In this document: positions 36,449 through 48,022 of the stretch, piece after piece
Position numbering within the stretch: position 1 is the stretch's first letter
How the letters are laid out: every line of letters starts with the position of its first letter
Source of the DNA: Candidatus Spongiisociaceae bacterium
GTDB lineage: Bacteria; Actinomycetota; Acidimicrobiia; Spongiisociales; Spongiisociaceae
Direction of reading: 5' to 3'
NCBI GenBank assembly: GCA_965262915.1
Contig: OZ253564.1
Location: 2,304,001 to 2,368,000, forward strand
DNA length: 64,000 bases
Translations under genes and position numbers: made by a program
The notes under the pieces: generated by a model
What the model was told of the DNA's origin: nothing
The model's database searches: none
The model's input: the letters and a program-made list of their open reading frames with translations, nothing else

Positions 36449-39400
36449 TGCGCCGTCGGCACCTCATTGAATATGAAGGCGGTGTTGCCTGGTCCCCAGA
36501 TGTCGAGTCGGATGGCTACGCCGCTTATGAAGAGCGCGCCTTCGGCGCGGGTTGCCGGGCGGTGGGGGCAGAACAGTCCGGGTTCGCATCCGGGCACGAC
36601 TTGGAAGTCTGTCAGCCAGGCAATGGCCGGGGTGTAGAACCTTTCGGGCGCCACATCGGTGTAGGGAGGGGTTCCACCCTGGTGGTCGGCTTGCACATGT
36701 CAGTATAGGAGGGTCGCCATCTGTCCCCTGGTGACATCTTGGGTGGGGCAGAACCGCCAGTCGGGGTCTCCGAACCGGCCTTGGGTGCATCCCAGTGTGG
36801 TTCCGTTGGAGACCGCCCAGCCGATGGCTTGGTCGGCGTATACACCATCTGGGACATCGGTGAAGGCTTCCGATCCCCGATAGGTTGGGGTGGGTCGTCC
36901 GGCGGCTCTCCACAGGAAGGTCACGAATTGCTGGCGGGTGAGGTTGCTCTCAGGGCAGAACATTGTGGGTGTGCATCCTGCGGTGACTTGGTGGAGGATC
37001 ATCCACGACACGGCTGACTCGTACCAGGCTCCGGCTACGACATCGTCGAACAGTTCAGACGCTCTGGGCGGTTCACCACCACCATCGGCGCCACCACCGC
37101 CACCACCACCCGAAGAACCGCCGCTCGAAGAACTGCCGGAGGAACCGCCGCTCGAAGAACTGCCGGAGGAACCGCCGCCACCGCCGCCCGAAGAACCGCC
37201 GCCGCCACCGCCGCCCGAAGAACCGCCGCCACCAGCATCGCCACCGCCTGAGGGCGGGCTCTGATCGGCCTCGTTGACGTCGGTGACGTTGATCGTCAGC
37301 GTGACGCTGTCGCTCAAACCGTCCGGGTTGGTGGCGGTGACTATGACTTCGTATGAACGCCTGGTCTCGTAGTCCATTGCCGCGTTGGCCCGTAACTCTC
37401 CAACCGTCGGATCCGGGATGTTGAAGGACGCCGCATCGGGGCCGCTCAGCGTGTAGGTGAGCGTTGCGCCCTTCGGGTCAAGGGCCAGCACCTTGGCGAC
37501 GATGCTTAATGGGCTGTTGTTTTCCTCCGCATCTCGGACCTGGGTGTCGGTCATGAAGGCCGGCGCCCGGCTGGCAGTGACCCGGAGTATCCGGTCCCTG
37601 CCCAGACCTAAGTCTGATCGGTCGGTGGTGACGTAGAGGGCGCCGTCAGGACCCATTACGGGGCTCCGCAGCCGGCCCCATACCCAGTTGGGTTCGGGTG
37701 AAATGACATGGCTCACGAAGTCGCCTTCCTGGGTGAACTCGAAGATACGCAGCGACTTCATCTTGAGCGTGGCCACGGCCAGCCGCCCTTCCCACTCGCC
37801 CCAATCCTCCCCCTCCAAGAAGGCGCCGTCGCTGGTGGCCGGCGTCGGGTTCCCCGACGACCACTTGGCCTCGATGGCGTCGGGATAACGCTCGAGGTCG
37901 GTCATGGGGCCGTCCAAGCCGGAGCTCGCCGGATCCCAGCCGTAGTTGCCGCCTGCCACCAGCAGGTTGATCTCGTCATCCCAGTGCGGGCCGTGCTCCA
38001 CCGACCACATCTGGTTGGCGCCGGGCCGCAGGGCCAGGCCCTGCGGATTCCGGTGGCCGTAGGTATAGACCGGCGACGGAGCGAAGGGATTCGTAGGCGC
38101 CCCGGCGCCTGTCGATGCGTCAACACGCAGGATCTTGCCGGCGAGTGAGCCGAGGTCCTGGGCGTTGGTCTGCACCCCTCCGTCGCCGGTCGAGATCCAC
38201 AGGTAGCCTTGCGGGCCGAAGCGGACCCGGCAGCCGGCAAGACCGGCGCCGAAGTTGCTGATCTCCCAGTAGACGAGGGGATCGTCTACCCGTGTGGCTG
38301 TGGTGTAGCCATCGTCGATAGTCCAGGAAACCACCTGCACTGCGACATCCCAGTGGCCCTGGCAGGTGTAGAACCGCCGGTTGGACGCGAAGTCGGGATC
38401 GGTGACGATCCCCATCAGGCCAGTCTTCACATCGACCCATAGATCGCTGAAGTCGGCGGTGACGGTCTGGATCGTTCCGTCGGTGAGGCGGCTGCTCAGT
38501 ACCCCCCACCGCTCGGTAAACAGCATCGTCCCATCGGGCGTGAAGGCGATGTCCCACGGGTGCGACAGGCGCGAGACGAGTTCCAGGACCGACAACTCAG
38601 GCGCCGGTGCGGGTTCACCGACCGGGTGGTCCGATACGACCTCCGCGGTCTTGCCGGAGCCCTGCGCGTCGGTGTACGTCGCCGTGGCCCGAAGATACAT
38701 TCCCTCTTTGTCGCCGTCAGGCGCGTAATCAACGCCGGCCCAGCGGTCGGGCATGTCGGAAACAGCCGTCCAGCTGACCTTGTTCGAGGAAAACGCCCAC
38801 TGCCATTCCACAGGCTGGCCGTATTCGTCCACCACACCGCCGTCCGGGTCGTCCACCCTGGCCCTGAGCACGGTTCCAACCCGCGGCTGGGTGGGAAACA
38901 GGGTGACGGTTCCGTCCTCGTCAACGTTGATCACGTCGATGGTCACCACGATCTCGCCGCTGAGGCCGAGGCTGTCGGTGGCGATCACCGTCACCGAATA
39001 CTCCGACTTGGCCTCGTGGTCGAGGGCGGCTTCCGTGCGCATCTGGCCGGTCGTGGCGTCGATGGCGAACGATGCGGCGTCGGGGCCGCCGAGCGAGTAG
39101 CTCACCGAGTCTCCGCTGTCGGGGTCCGTGGCCACAAACGGTTCGCCGAAGTCCACACCGGCGGCCGTATTCTCGGGAACGGCGCGGGCGCCGCTCTCCG
39201 TGGCCGGGAAGGACGGCGAGAGCGACTGGAGGGTGAAGGTCAGCGTGGCGATCGGCTTGGCCGAGAAACTGCGGGTGCCGCTGATGCTCGCGATCACGCC
39301 CTGCGGGTTGGTGGCGACGCTGGGGCTGAGCGAGAAGTCGTCGCCGTCCTCGGTTCCGGCGTCCCACGGGAAGAGGTCCACCTCGCGGGAGGCGAGCCGG

Positions 39401-39965
39401 CGGCCCTCGCTGTCGAGCAAGGGCAGCCCGGAGACGCCGACAAACCAGTCGTGGCTCGGCGCGATCATCGTCGTGAGCGTCACCGCGGGTACCTGCTGGT
39501 GAGCGTGACGTCGCTCAAGGTTCTTCCGACGGTCCTTAACGTAGCGTTGCTGCCATTCGTGGTGGCGGTGACGGTGGTCTGCGCGACCGTGTAGCCGACG
39601 GACGCGGTGTAGGAGGTCGTTGCGCCGACGAACGTCGGGTACAGCCTCGCGCCGGTGAGCGTAGAGGTCGCCGAGGGTGGCATCGTCGGAGAGCGTCGTC
39701 GTCCGCGCCCGGGTGGCCGCGCCCGTCACCGTCTCGTCGTTACCGTCGTCGGCACTGGAGCTCACCCTCACCTTGGCGGCCTTGCCTTCGTCTGAGTCCA
39801 CCAGCGTCACGGCACTGCTGGTAACGGAGCTTTCCATCCTGCTCGGACCGGGGACGACCTCGACGATCTGTGGGGACGGGGCCTGTTCGTCTTCCGACCC
39901 TTCTGCCCGCACCGGCCCGGCGGAGACCAGAACGGCGACCGCGAGCACGCCCAATAGGCCGCCCA
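36445..39965 (-). pseudogene. Surface protein: spondin-like fragment, cadherin repeats, PQQ/GSDH-like sugar dehydrogenase propeller, Gly linker, SLH-like repeats; damaged
   Basis: MIAPSHDWFVG...WDAGTE; HPWDIAF, GKILR, GHRNPQG, EHGP..DDEIN...NYGW. In-frame TGA at 36700-36702. Frameshifted segment at 39480-39680. 5' end replaced by an IS481 piece. Confidence 0.75.
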
Positions 39966-40260
39966 CTCCAACCGTTCCACTTTCCTGTTCGTCTGGGGAC
40001 GGTAGGGTCGGATCAGCTTGTGGGCGGCGCCGATCTCCGAAAGGGCATCTGCGAAGTGTTTGGTTTCTGCGGTAGGCCATGGCGTCGTCGGTCATCACCG
40101 GTCTATGCGATACCCACAGATGGCAAGCCGGCGGGCCGCGCGAACGAACCCGGCGCAGGTCCGTCCGTCCTCCGGGTCGAGGACTTCAGATCGGGCCGGA
40201 CCACTGTGGTTGTCGACCATGGAGTGCACGTACTCACATCCCACTTTCTGTTCAGGACAT
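39966..40260 (-). mobile_element. IS481-family integrase-core fragment
   Basis: VGCEYVHSMVDNHS...TCAGF, VMTDDAMAY and HKLIRPYRPQTNRKVER across frames. Confidence 0.75.
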
Positions 40261-41071
40261 GAAGTGTCCATTATCATGAAGTGTCTATCATACTGTGTCT
40301 ACTAATATCTAGTTGAATGTTCAGGAGAACAGTACCGATGCTACTCACTGCGTCCAAGAGGCTGTGTCCATGAGTCGGAGTCGTGTGAGACCGCTTCGCG
40401 GGGCAGGCGCCCCTGCCGGTTCCGCCGCGGGGGGATCCGCAGCGGCGATGCTCTCGATACCGCCAGATGCCCATGGCCGGTGGAGTCCGTGGTCTTCGCG
40501 TCCGGTCCGGTTCCCGGTGGGCGAACTCAGGAGGTCCGATTGATGACTGTACGACGGTGGAATTCGGTTTGGGCGGTGCTGGTTCTATCGGTTGTCTTGC
40601 CGGCCGCGCAGGCTACGCCGACCCCGGCTCAGACCCCCACATCGCCGTGTACCACGTCCGGAGCGTTACCGACTGACGCATCCGATGCATTGACAGCCGA
40701 CTGCGATGCCTTGTGGGCGTTCTACAACGGCCTCACCAATCAGGGACGCTTGGCTGCGGGTGCCGGTGTTTGGGGCGCCGGCTCGCCTCTGGCGGCTTGG
40801 ACGGGGGTAGAGGTCACGAGCGGCCGTGTCAGTGGGCTGGATCTCGAAGCAAGTGGCTTGGAGGGGACCATCGGCTCCGAACTGGGCAACCTCGACGCGC
40901 TGGTGGTTCTGAATCTCGGCAGCAACGGTCTAACCGGCGCGATTCCCTTCCAATTGGGAGGCCTCGAAAATCTGGAAGAGCTGTTTCTCTACCAGAATGG
41001 TTTGACCGGTGGGATCCCCACCCAGTTTAGCGGTCTCGTCAACCTAAGGAATCTGTTTCTTCAAGAAAACC

Positions 41072-42504
41072 GGCTCTTCGGAAATGAGTGGGGAGTAGGG
41101 GATCTGCCAGGGGGAGTTGGAATCCACCAGAAGTGAGGAGGGGTCCTCCATAATCGGGTGTTGGTAATGACATCCGAGGCAGGAGGACCCCTGTGGAAGC
41201 TGATCCTACGCGCATGTGCGAGAAGTTGGTAGGCCTAGGTGAGGTTGATCTGGTAGGGATCAACGACCCGGGCGAGGAGGCACCGTTGGAGGTGGTGATC
41301 CGGTCCCGCAAGCCCCGGCCGTTGTGTGAGTCCTGTGGCGGGTCGGTGTGGTCGAAGGGCTATCGGACGGTTGTGTTGGTGGATTTACCGGCGTTCGGCC
41401 GGCCTGTGCGGCTGCGGTGGCGGAAACGGCGCTGGACATGTCCGAACCCCGACTGTGCGCTCAGATCGTTCATCGAACAAGACCCCAAGATTGGTCCCCA
41501 ACGGGCGTTGTTGACATCCCGAGCGGCCCGGTGGGTGACCATCCAGGTGGGTGGGCGGGGCCGTTCGGTCGACGAGGTCGCCGCAGAACTTGGTTGTGAT
41601 TGGCATACGGTGAACAAAGAGGTTGGCCGCTGGGGCGAAGCGCTGCTGGAAGCAGACACCGATCGGGTCGGGACCGTCGAAGCTGTGGGAGTGGACGAGA
41701 CGTTGTTCTGGCGTCGGGGCCGTTGGCGTACCAAAGTCTGGTGCACCTCTGTCGTCGACGTTGGCGGCCACCAGCTGATCGACATAGTCCCTGGTAGAAC
41801 AGCAGAAAGCGCCGCAGCCTGGTTCCGGTCACAACCCACCGAATGGTGTGAGGCTATCCGCTGGGCGGTGTTGGACATGTCCGGTTCGTATCGGAAGGCG
41901 TATGACAGGGTGCTGCCGCACGCGCTGCAGGTAGCGGACCCGTTCCACGTCATCCGCCTCGCCAACCAGCGTCTCGACGAGGTACGACGAAGAGTCCAAA
42001 ACGAAACCCTCGGGCATCGAGGCCGCAAGGATGACCCGCTGTATCGGATACGGCGGCTCCTAACCGCTGCGCATGAGAGGATCAGCGACCGGGGTCAAAT
42101 ACGGCTGCGTGGTCTCCTCGATGCTGGTGACCCCTACGGGGAAGTGCGCACAGCCTGGCACGCGAAAGAGACGGTACGAGGCATCTACGGGATCGAGAGT
42201 CCGGTCCTTGCTCTCCGATACACCCTCCAGCTCGCAGACGACCTCCAACACGAATCCTGCCCACCCGAGATCAACAAGCTGGGTCGTACCATCGCCCGCT
42301 GGACCCCCCAGATCACCAACTGGCACATCTCGAAGGTAACCAACGGACCCACCGAAGCCCTCAACAACCTCATCAAACGGATCAAACGAGCAGCGTTCGG
42401 GTTCCGCAACTTCGCGAACTACCGAATCCGCGCCCTTCTCTACGCGGGGAAACCCAACTGGGACCTACTCCCATCGGTCACTCCCCACTGAAATCCGATG
42501 AGCC
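41072..42504 (+). mobile_element. ISL3-family element (transposase 41193-42491)
   Basis: CxxC zinc motifs, GVDET, LDMS, DPFHV, TNGPTEALNNLIK...FGFRNF. IRs GGCTCTTCGG.../...CCGATGAGCC; 8-bp TSD AGAAAACC. Confidence 0.95.
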
Positions 42505-43145
42505 AGAAAACCAGCTATCGGGGACGATCCCCGACCTGTCTGGTTTGGACAATCTCGTAGAGGCGTTCCTTCGCGATAACAACCTGTCAGGGACAGTCCC
42601 TACCTGGCTCGGTGATCTCGATAGCTTACGAGTACTCGATCTAAGCCACAACGCGTTGACCGGAACCATCCCCACCCAGATCGGTGAACTAAAGGCGATA
42701 GACTTTCTCAATATCAGCAACAATCAGCTGACGGGTACGCTTCCCACCGAGCTGGGCGATTTGAAGAATACCCTAACTCACCTCCAATTCGAACGTAACA
42801 GCCTATCGGGATCAATCCCTGCTTCACTGGGCGAACTCGAACACCTGGAGCGTGTACATCTCTTCGACAACCAGTTGACAGGATCGTTACCTGATGAGAT
42901 AGGTTCCCTCACCGGATTGAAACACCTATACATCCACGACAACAACGGTTTGATACTTCGGCAAGAACAGTTCGAAGGTTCCAACTATCCCGGTCTCCTT
43001 ACTCTCAAGATCACGAACAACGCCGGCAACAAGATGCTCAGACAAGCACTGATATCCACCAGACCTGCCTTGGACGTAACCTTGTTGCCTGAGGACCCAC
43101 CGGATTCGGACCCTGAACCAATCCCCGACCCACCGCCCCAGGACT

Positions 43146-43360
43146 CTTCGGGTGGTGGCTCTACCGGTGGTGGTGGTTCTTCGGGTGGTGGCTCTACCGG
43201 TGGTGGTGGTTCTTCGGGTGGTGGCTCTACCGGTGGTGGTGGTTCTTCGGGTGGTGGCTCTACCGGTGGTGGTGGTTCTTCTGGTGGTGGTGGTTCTTCT
43301 GGTGGTGGTGGTTCTTCTGGTGGTGGTTCTTCCGGTGGTGGTGGTTCTTCTTCGGGTGGT
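43146..43360 (+). repeat. Gly/Ser linker tandem repeats (30-bp unit)
   Basis: Repeated TCTTCGGGTGGTGGCTCTACCGGTGGTGGT... Confidence 0.85.
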
Positions 43361-43393
43361 CGCCCGGCGGAGAAGGCTGAGCCGGTTGACAGT

Positions 43394-44410
43394 TTCGGTG
43401 ACGATGATGGCTCGGTGCATGAGGACGCGATCAATCGTCTGGCCGCAGCGGGGGTCACCGGGGGCTGCGGAGGGCGGGAGTTCTGCCCGTCGGCACCGGT
43501 AAGCAGGGCCCAGATGGCAACCTTCCTGGCCCGGGCGTTGGGCTTACCTGATACAGGTGAGGACTACTTCGGTGACGATGATGGCTCGGTGCATGAGGAC
43601 GCGATCAATCGTCTGGCCGCAGCGGGGGTCACCGGGGGCTGCGGAGGGCGGGAGTTCTGCCCGTCGGCACCGGTAAGCAGGGCCCAGATGGCAACCTTCC
43701 TGGCCCGGGCGTTGGGCTTACCTGATACAGGTGAGGACTACTTCGGTGACGATGATGGCTCGGTGCATGAGGACGCTATCAATCGTCTGGCCGCAGCGGG
43801 GGTCACCGGGGGCTGCGGAGGGCGGGAGTTCTGCCCGTCGGCACCGGTAAGCAGGGCCCAGATGGCAACCTTCCTGGCCCGGGCGTTGGGCTTACCTGAT
43901 ACAGGTGAGGACTACTTCGGTGACGATGATGGCTCGGTGCATGAGGACGCTATCAATCGTCTGGCCGCAGCGGGGGTCACCGGGGGCTGTGGGGAGCGGG
44001 AGTTCTGCCCGTCGGCACCGGTAAGCAGGGCCCAGATGGCAACCTTCCTGGCCCGGGCGTTGGGCTTACCTGATACAGGTGAGGACTACTTCGGTGACGA
44101 TGATGGCTCGGTGCATGAGGACGCTATCAATCGTCTGGCCGCAGCGGGGGTCACCGGGGGCTGCGGAGGGCGGGAGTTCTGCCCGTCGGCACCGGTAAGC
44201 AGGGCCCAGATGGCAACCTTCCTGGCCCGGGCGTTGGGCTTACCTGATACAGGTGAGGACTACTTCGGTGACGATGATGGCTCGGTGCATGAGGACGCGA
44301 TCAATCGTCTGGCCGCAGCGGGGGTCACCGGGGGCTGTGGGGAGCGGGAGTTCTGCCCGTCGGCACCGGTAAGCAGGGCCCAGATGGCAACCTTCCTGGC
44401 CCGGGCGCTT
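43394..44410 (+). repeat. Six near-identical 174-bp SLH-like units
   Basis: Units start at 43394, 43568, 43742, 43916, 44090 and 44264. Confidence 0.95.
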
Positions 44411-44564
44411 GATCTGTGATCCAACACCTCCGCGGTCATGCGCCCGCGACCCGAGGCAGAGCCGGCGCACACCCGATTGCTCCTACTTCCGCCGGGCGCC
44501 GATCCAGTCTTTCCTACCAGCTCAGTTAGAACCAGATCGGAGCGGACTCGTCGTTGCTTGCAGA

Positions 44565-45016
44565 CCTATGCACCGTTGCCCAGGTCACGAATTGCACCAC
44601 CGACCACCAGTTCGGCGACGTCCCTCCAGCCGTAGCACACCTCGACGAGGTCTGTTCCGGCGATGTCGTGGGTTCTACGTCGTTACTTGGGATGTCCGTA
44701 CCAGCCGGGGGGACATCCACGCCGAGCATGTGGTCAACGCCGGCGGTTTCTGGGGTCGCGACGTGGGACGGATGGTGGGGCTGGAGCTACCGCTCCTGGC
44801 GATGGCCCACCAGTACATCCTCACCGAACCGGTGCCCGAGGTGGCCGAATACCGCCGGACGACGGGTAAAGAATTGCCTACGGTGGTCGACTTCGGGTGA
44901 CATCTATATGAGGGAGGAGTCCGGCGGCATCCTGATGGGCACCTACGAGCAGGACCACAGACCGTGGTCGCCCCGCGTGACACCCTGGAGTTTCGGGAGC
45001 GAGTTGCTGACGCCGG
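44565..45016. pseudogene. Duplicated fragments of the GNAT gene (minus) and the GcvT-family gene (plus)
   Basis: 44565-44670 resembles 47335-47440. 44685-45016 is nearly identical to 48613-48947 with small deletions. Confidence 0.8.
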
Positions 45017-45163
45017 TAAGCGAGGAGCGATCGGGTCGGGATCAGTCGGTGAGAGGTCCAAGAAGGAGGCAGGCCTGTTGGGGTGATGTCATGCTGGTCT
45101 AAGTGGGGCTGCCACGCCGCGAAGGTGCGAAGCATCCGCATCCTGGCCAGCACCCGGAACCGG

Positions 45164-45736
45164 TCAAGGACCCGGCTCAGGGGAATTCTCAACCGCTCCG
45201 GCTAGCTCGGCCAACACGTCCTGAAGCATCCCCAGGGTCGATGTATCGCCAATACCGCCGTCCGGGTCGACCAATTTGAACACTCTCTTGACCGGGTGCG
45301 GACCTCCTACAACCCTCGCGTTAGCGCTGGTGAGGACCGCGATCGCGGTTTCCTGAGACCGTAGAGCTCCGAAGCGGGACGGGCTTGCGCCCACCACCGA
45401 CACCGGCTTGTCCGCAAAGGCGGACTGACCGTAAGGGCGCGATGCCCAGTCGATCAGATTCTTCAACACGCCCGTGATGCTGCCGTTGTATTCAGGGGAT
45501 GCGATGAGCACCGCGTCAACTGAGCGAATCCTGCGGCGCAACTCCAGCACCGACTCCGGGGTCAGATCGCCCTCTGTGTCCTCGTTGAACAGCGGTATGT
45601 GCAGTCCGTCCTCGTAAATATTCACTTCGACCGGAGACGGCGCCAACCGCCTCGCAGCCTCGAGCAACATCCTGTTGTACGAGGCCGTCCTAAGGCTCCC
45701 GGGTATTGCCAAGATGCGTACGGGTCGGTTTTTCAA
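45164..45736 (-). CDS. NADPH-dependent FMN reductase
   Basis: GSLRTASYN, ASPEYNGSITGVLKNLIDW. Confidence 0.9.
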   Translation of the reverse strand: MKNRPVRILAIPGSLRTASYNRMLLEAARRLAPSPVEVNIYEDGLHIPLFNEDTEGDLTPESVLELRRRIRSVDAVLIASPEYNGSITGVLKNLIDWASRPYGQSAFADKPVSVVGASPSRFGALRSQETAIAVLTSANARVVGGPHPVKRVFKLVDPDGGIGDTSTLGMLQDVLAELAGAVENSPEPGP

Positions 45737-45990
45737 ACTGAACTCCTCATGCAGAGGTCACGTCCAGGCACGATGTGAACGGATGAGTTCCGCGTTGCCT
45801 GGGTTGCCGGATTCTGTTGTAGCTGATCCCGGGGCCTTAGGTGACATCTGTGGCTCTGTTCTAGTTCCGGTTCGGGGAGCCTGCCATGGCCTCGTTGAGA
45901 CTGTGGCTCTCGGTGCCCCTCGTTGGTGACCTCCCCGCTGCAGGTGCAGAGGTCACCACGCCGGAGTTCTCCGTCGCACCCTCCAAGCTG

Positions 45991-46680
45991 TCAGTCTCTC
46001 TGCCATCCGTCCCAGTGGGTGAACTCCTCGGCGGGGATCCTCGTGACGGGCTTGAAGTCATGGGCGGGATATCCCAGCGGGATCAGGGCGACGATCTGGG
46101 TCTCCTCGGGCATCCCCAGCGCGATCTTGGCGTCTTCCTCGAGGATGTTGAGAGCCGTGGTGAGGCATGTGCCGAGACCGAGCCCGCGGGCAGCCAGCAT
46201 CAGGTTCTGAACGCAGGGCATGATCGATGCGAATACCGAGTCGGCGCGGATGGCCTTGAGCGCCCCGTAGCGCGGGAGGTTGTCCTTCTCTCTGTCCATC
46301 GCTACGACGATGAGGACCGGGGTCTCTTCGAGGTGGTCACGGAAGTAGTGCGATTTCCTGAGCATCGTCTTCTGGAAAGTACGCTTGTCGAACTCCCGGT
46401 AGCCTTGGCGGCGAGGGTGGTCCCACAGGAATTTCAAACCCGCCCGGTAGAGGTCGGCGAGTTTCTGCTTGAGGGCCGCATCCCTGATGACGATGAACTC
46501 CCACGGCTGCGCGTTGCCGCCGCTCGGAGCCCAGGTGGCCGCCTTCAGAATGGTGCGGATGTCGTCGTCTGACACCGGGTCCGGCTTGTATCGTTTGACG
46601 CTCGGAAGCGTTCGCATCGCCTCGTATAGGTCCACTTCCGCCTCCCTCTCCATCTGCTGGGCCAGCGGAAGGTTACTCAA
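45991..46680 (-). CDS. Nitroreductase family protein
   Basis: WAPSGGNAQPWEF, QNLMLAARGLGLG, LGYPA. Confidence 0.9.
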   Translation of the reverse strand: MSNLPLAQQMEREAEVDLYEAMRTLPSVKRYKPDPVSDDDIRTILKAATWAPSGGNAQPWEFIVIRDAALKQKLADLYRAGLKFLWDHPRRQGYREFDKRTFQKTMLRKSHYFRDHLEETPVLIVVAMDREKDNLPRYGALKAIRADSVFASIMPCVQNLMLAARGLGLGTCLTTALNILEEDAKIALGMPEETQIVALIPLGYPAHDFKPVTRIPAEEFTHWDGWQRD

Positions 46681-46821
46681 AGGTTCCGGGCGTTATAGGG
46701 CGGTCAAGTACCGGGGCGAAACGTGCCGCCCGATCAGTGGTTCTTAGCGGTTACACCAACCGGGAAGCGAGATCCGGGTATAGATGTCCTCAGTCGTCGG
46801 ATTGCCCGCCCAGAGACGGTG

Positions 46822-47058
46822 TCATGTACGGCGATGTCGCAGGACCGTCTCCACGGCCGCCGTACCCAAGGTGGCCAGAAGCACGATCCCGATCGTGAAC
46901 GGTGCCGTCATCATGGCGGTCAACGCCCAAGCTTCGGGCTGCACGCCGGCGATTACCACGTCCAAGAGCCGGACGACGGCAACAAACAGAGCTATCAGTG
47001 CCAGCAATCCTCCGCCAACGACAGCAACTCGCCTTGTCCGATGATAAGCGTTCATCAT
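46822..47058 (-). CDS. Small two-TM membrane protein
   Basis: GAGGAGG RBS and two hydrophobic helices. Confidence 0.5.
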   Translation of the reverse strand: MMNAYHRTRRVAVVGGGLLALIALFVAVVRLLDVVIAGVQPEAWALTAMMTAPFTIGIVLLATLGTAAVETVLRHRRT

Positions 47059-47334
47059 TCCTCCTCGATCCTCAGGGGAAGATCCGCGATCAACCTCGCA
47101 ACCGAAGCCTACTTCAGCACGAGGACAACGCCTACAGATGAGGGAGGTAGCCCTTCAAACCCCGTTGACGGACCAAGGACAGCCGGGTCCCCCTAGCCGG
47201 TGAGCAGCGGACCGCCGGCCATGCTGTCCAGCAGGACCCTTGGTCTCGCCGATTTCACCTCTGGGCGATTGTCAGATGAACCCATGCGGGTGATCACTAC
47301 AGGTTTCCGGATGGGCTAGTTGTCGATCGAACGG

Positions 47335-47892
47335 CTACCTGCCGTCGGACCGGTCCCCAACTCCACGGCCGATCACCAGGTCGGCGACGTTCCTCCAACC
47401 GTAGGACACCTCGGCGATGCCCTGCCCGGAGATCTCGAGGGTTTGACTCCCGACGAGGTCACCCCCAAGCGCTTCGTAGAACCGGCAGGCTGCAAGGTTA
47501 TCCTTCGCCACCCACAGCAGCATCGAGTCGAACCCGTTTGCCAGCAGTCTCTCAGCCACTGCCGACACAAGGCGACGCCCCAGACCCTTGCGCTGGTACT
47601 GATCAAGTAGGTAGACGAGATAGAGTTCGCCCCGGTAGGTCTCGTCTCCTGTGCGCTCCGGTCCTCCGGCGGCCAAGCCGACCACCTCGCCGCGTTCGGT
47701 TGCTGCAAGGAAGTTGCTAACGGTGGGCCGCGCCGTCGTGAGGATCTGTTCCCAGTACGATTCCCTATCCCGGTAAGAGAGGCCGGCCAGGAACTCGTCA
47801 GGAAGGATGCCGGTATAGGTGGAGCGCCACGAGTCGACGTGAACCCTGGCGAGGGAACCGGCGTCTGCCGGTTTGGCGGCCCTTATCCGCAT
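47335..47892 (-). CDS. GNAT acetyltransferase
   Basis: YQRKGLGRRL, LWVAKDNLAACRFYEALG. Confidence 0.9.
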   Translation of the reverse strand: MRIRAAKPADAGSLARVHVDSWRSTYTGILPDEFLAGLSYRDRESYWEQILTTARPTVSNFLAATERGEVVGLAAGGPERTGDETYRGELYLVYLLDQYQRKGLGRRLVSAVAERLLANGFDSMLLWVAKDNLAACRFYEALGGDLVGSQTLEISGQGIAEVSYGWRNVADLVIGRGVGDRSDGR

Positions 47893-48022
47893 AGCCCATC
47901 CTAACTCTCCTGTCTTGTACTGATCGACCCGTCCCTCCCGCCTGGTTCTAACCAACTCGCGGCTCTCACGCTATCCCCGCTAGTCCCCTAATATCCTCAG
48001 GCCCGCTTGGGAAGGGTTCCGG

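Larger units (their letters stand above)
40543..44419 (+). pseudogene. Secreted plant-type LRR protein with six SLH-like repeats, interrupted by ISL3
   Basis: Signal peptide and LxxLxLxxNxLxGxIP repeats. Removing 41072-42504 plus one TSD rejoins LFLQENQLSGTIPDLSGLDNL in frame. Confidence 0.85.

Noticed and set aside
36700-36702. Second selenocysteine codon
   Set aside because: The position corresponds to the Arg of LYR/LWR in sister repeats (CGA to TGA), not to a Cys.
39966-40098. N-terminus of ORF 36700-40098 as a real protein start
   Set aside because: It is IS481 transposase sequence that happens to join in frame.
43394-44410. CRISPR array
   Set aside because: Repeats are contiguous in-frame 174-bp coding units without unique spacers, and no cas genes are present.
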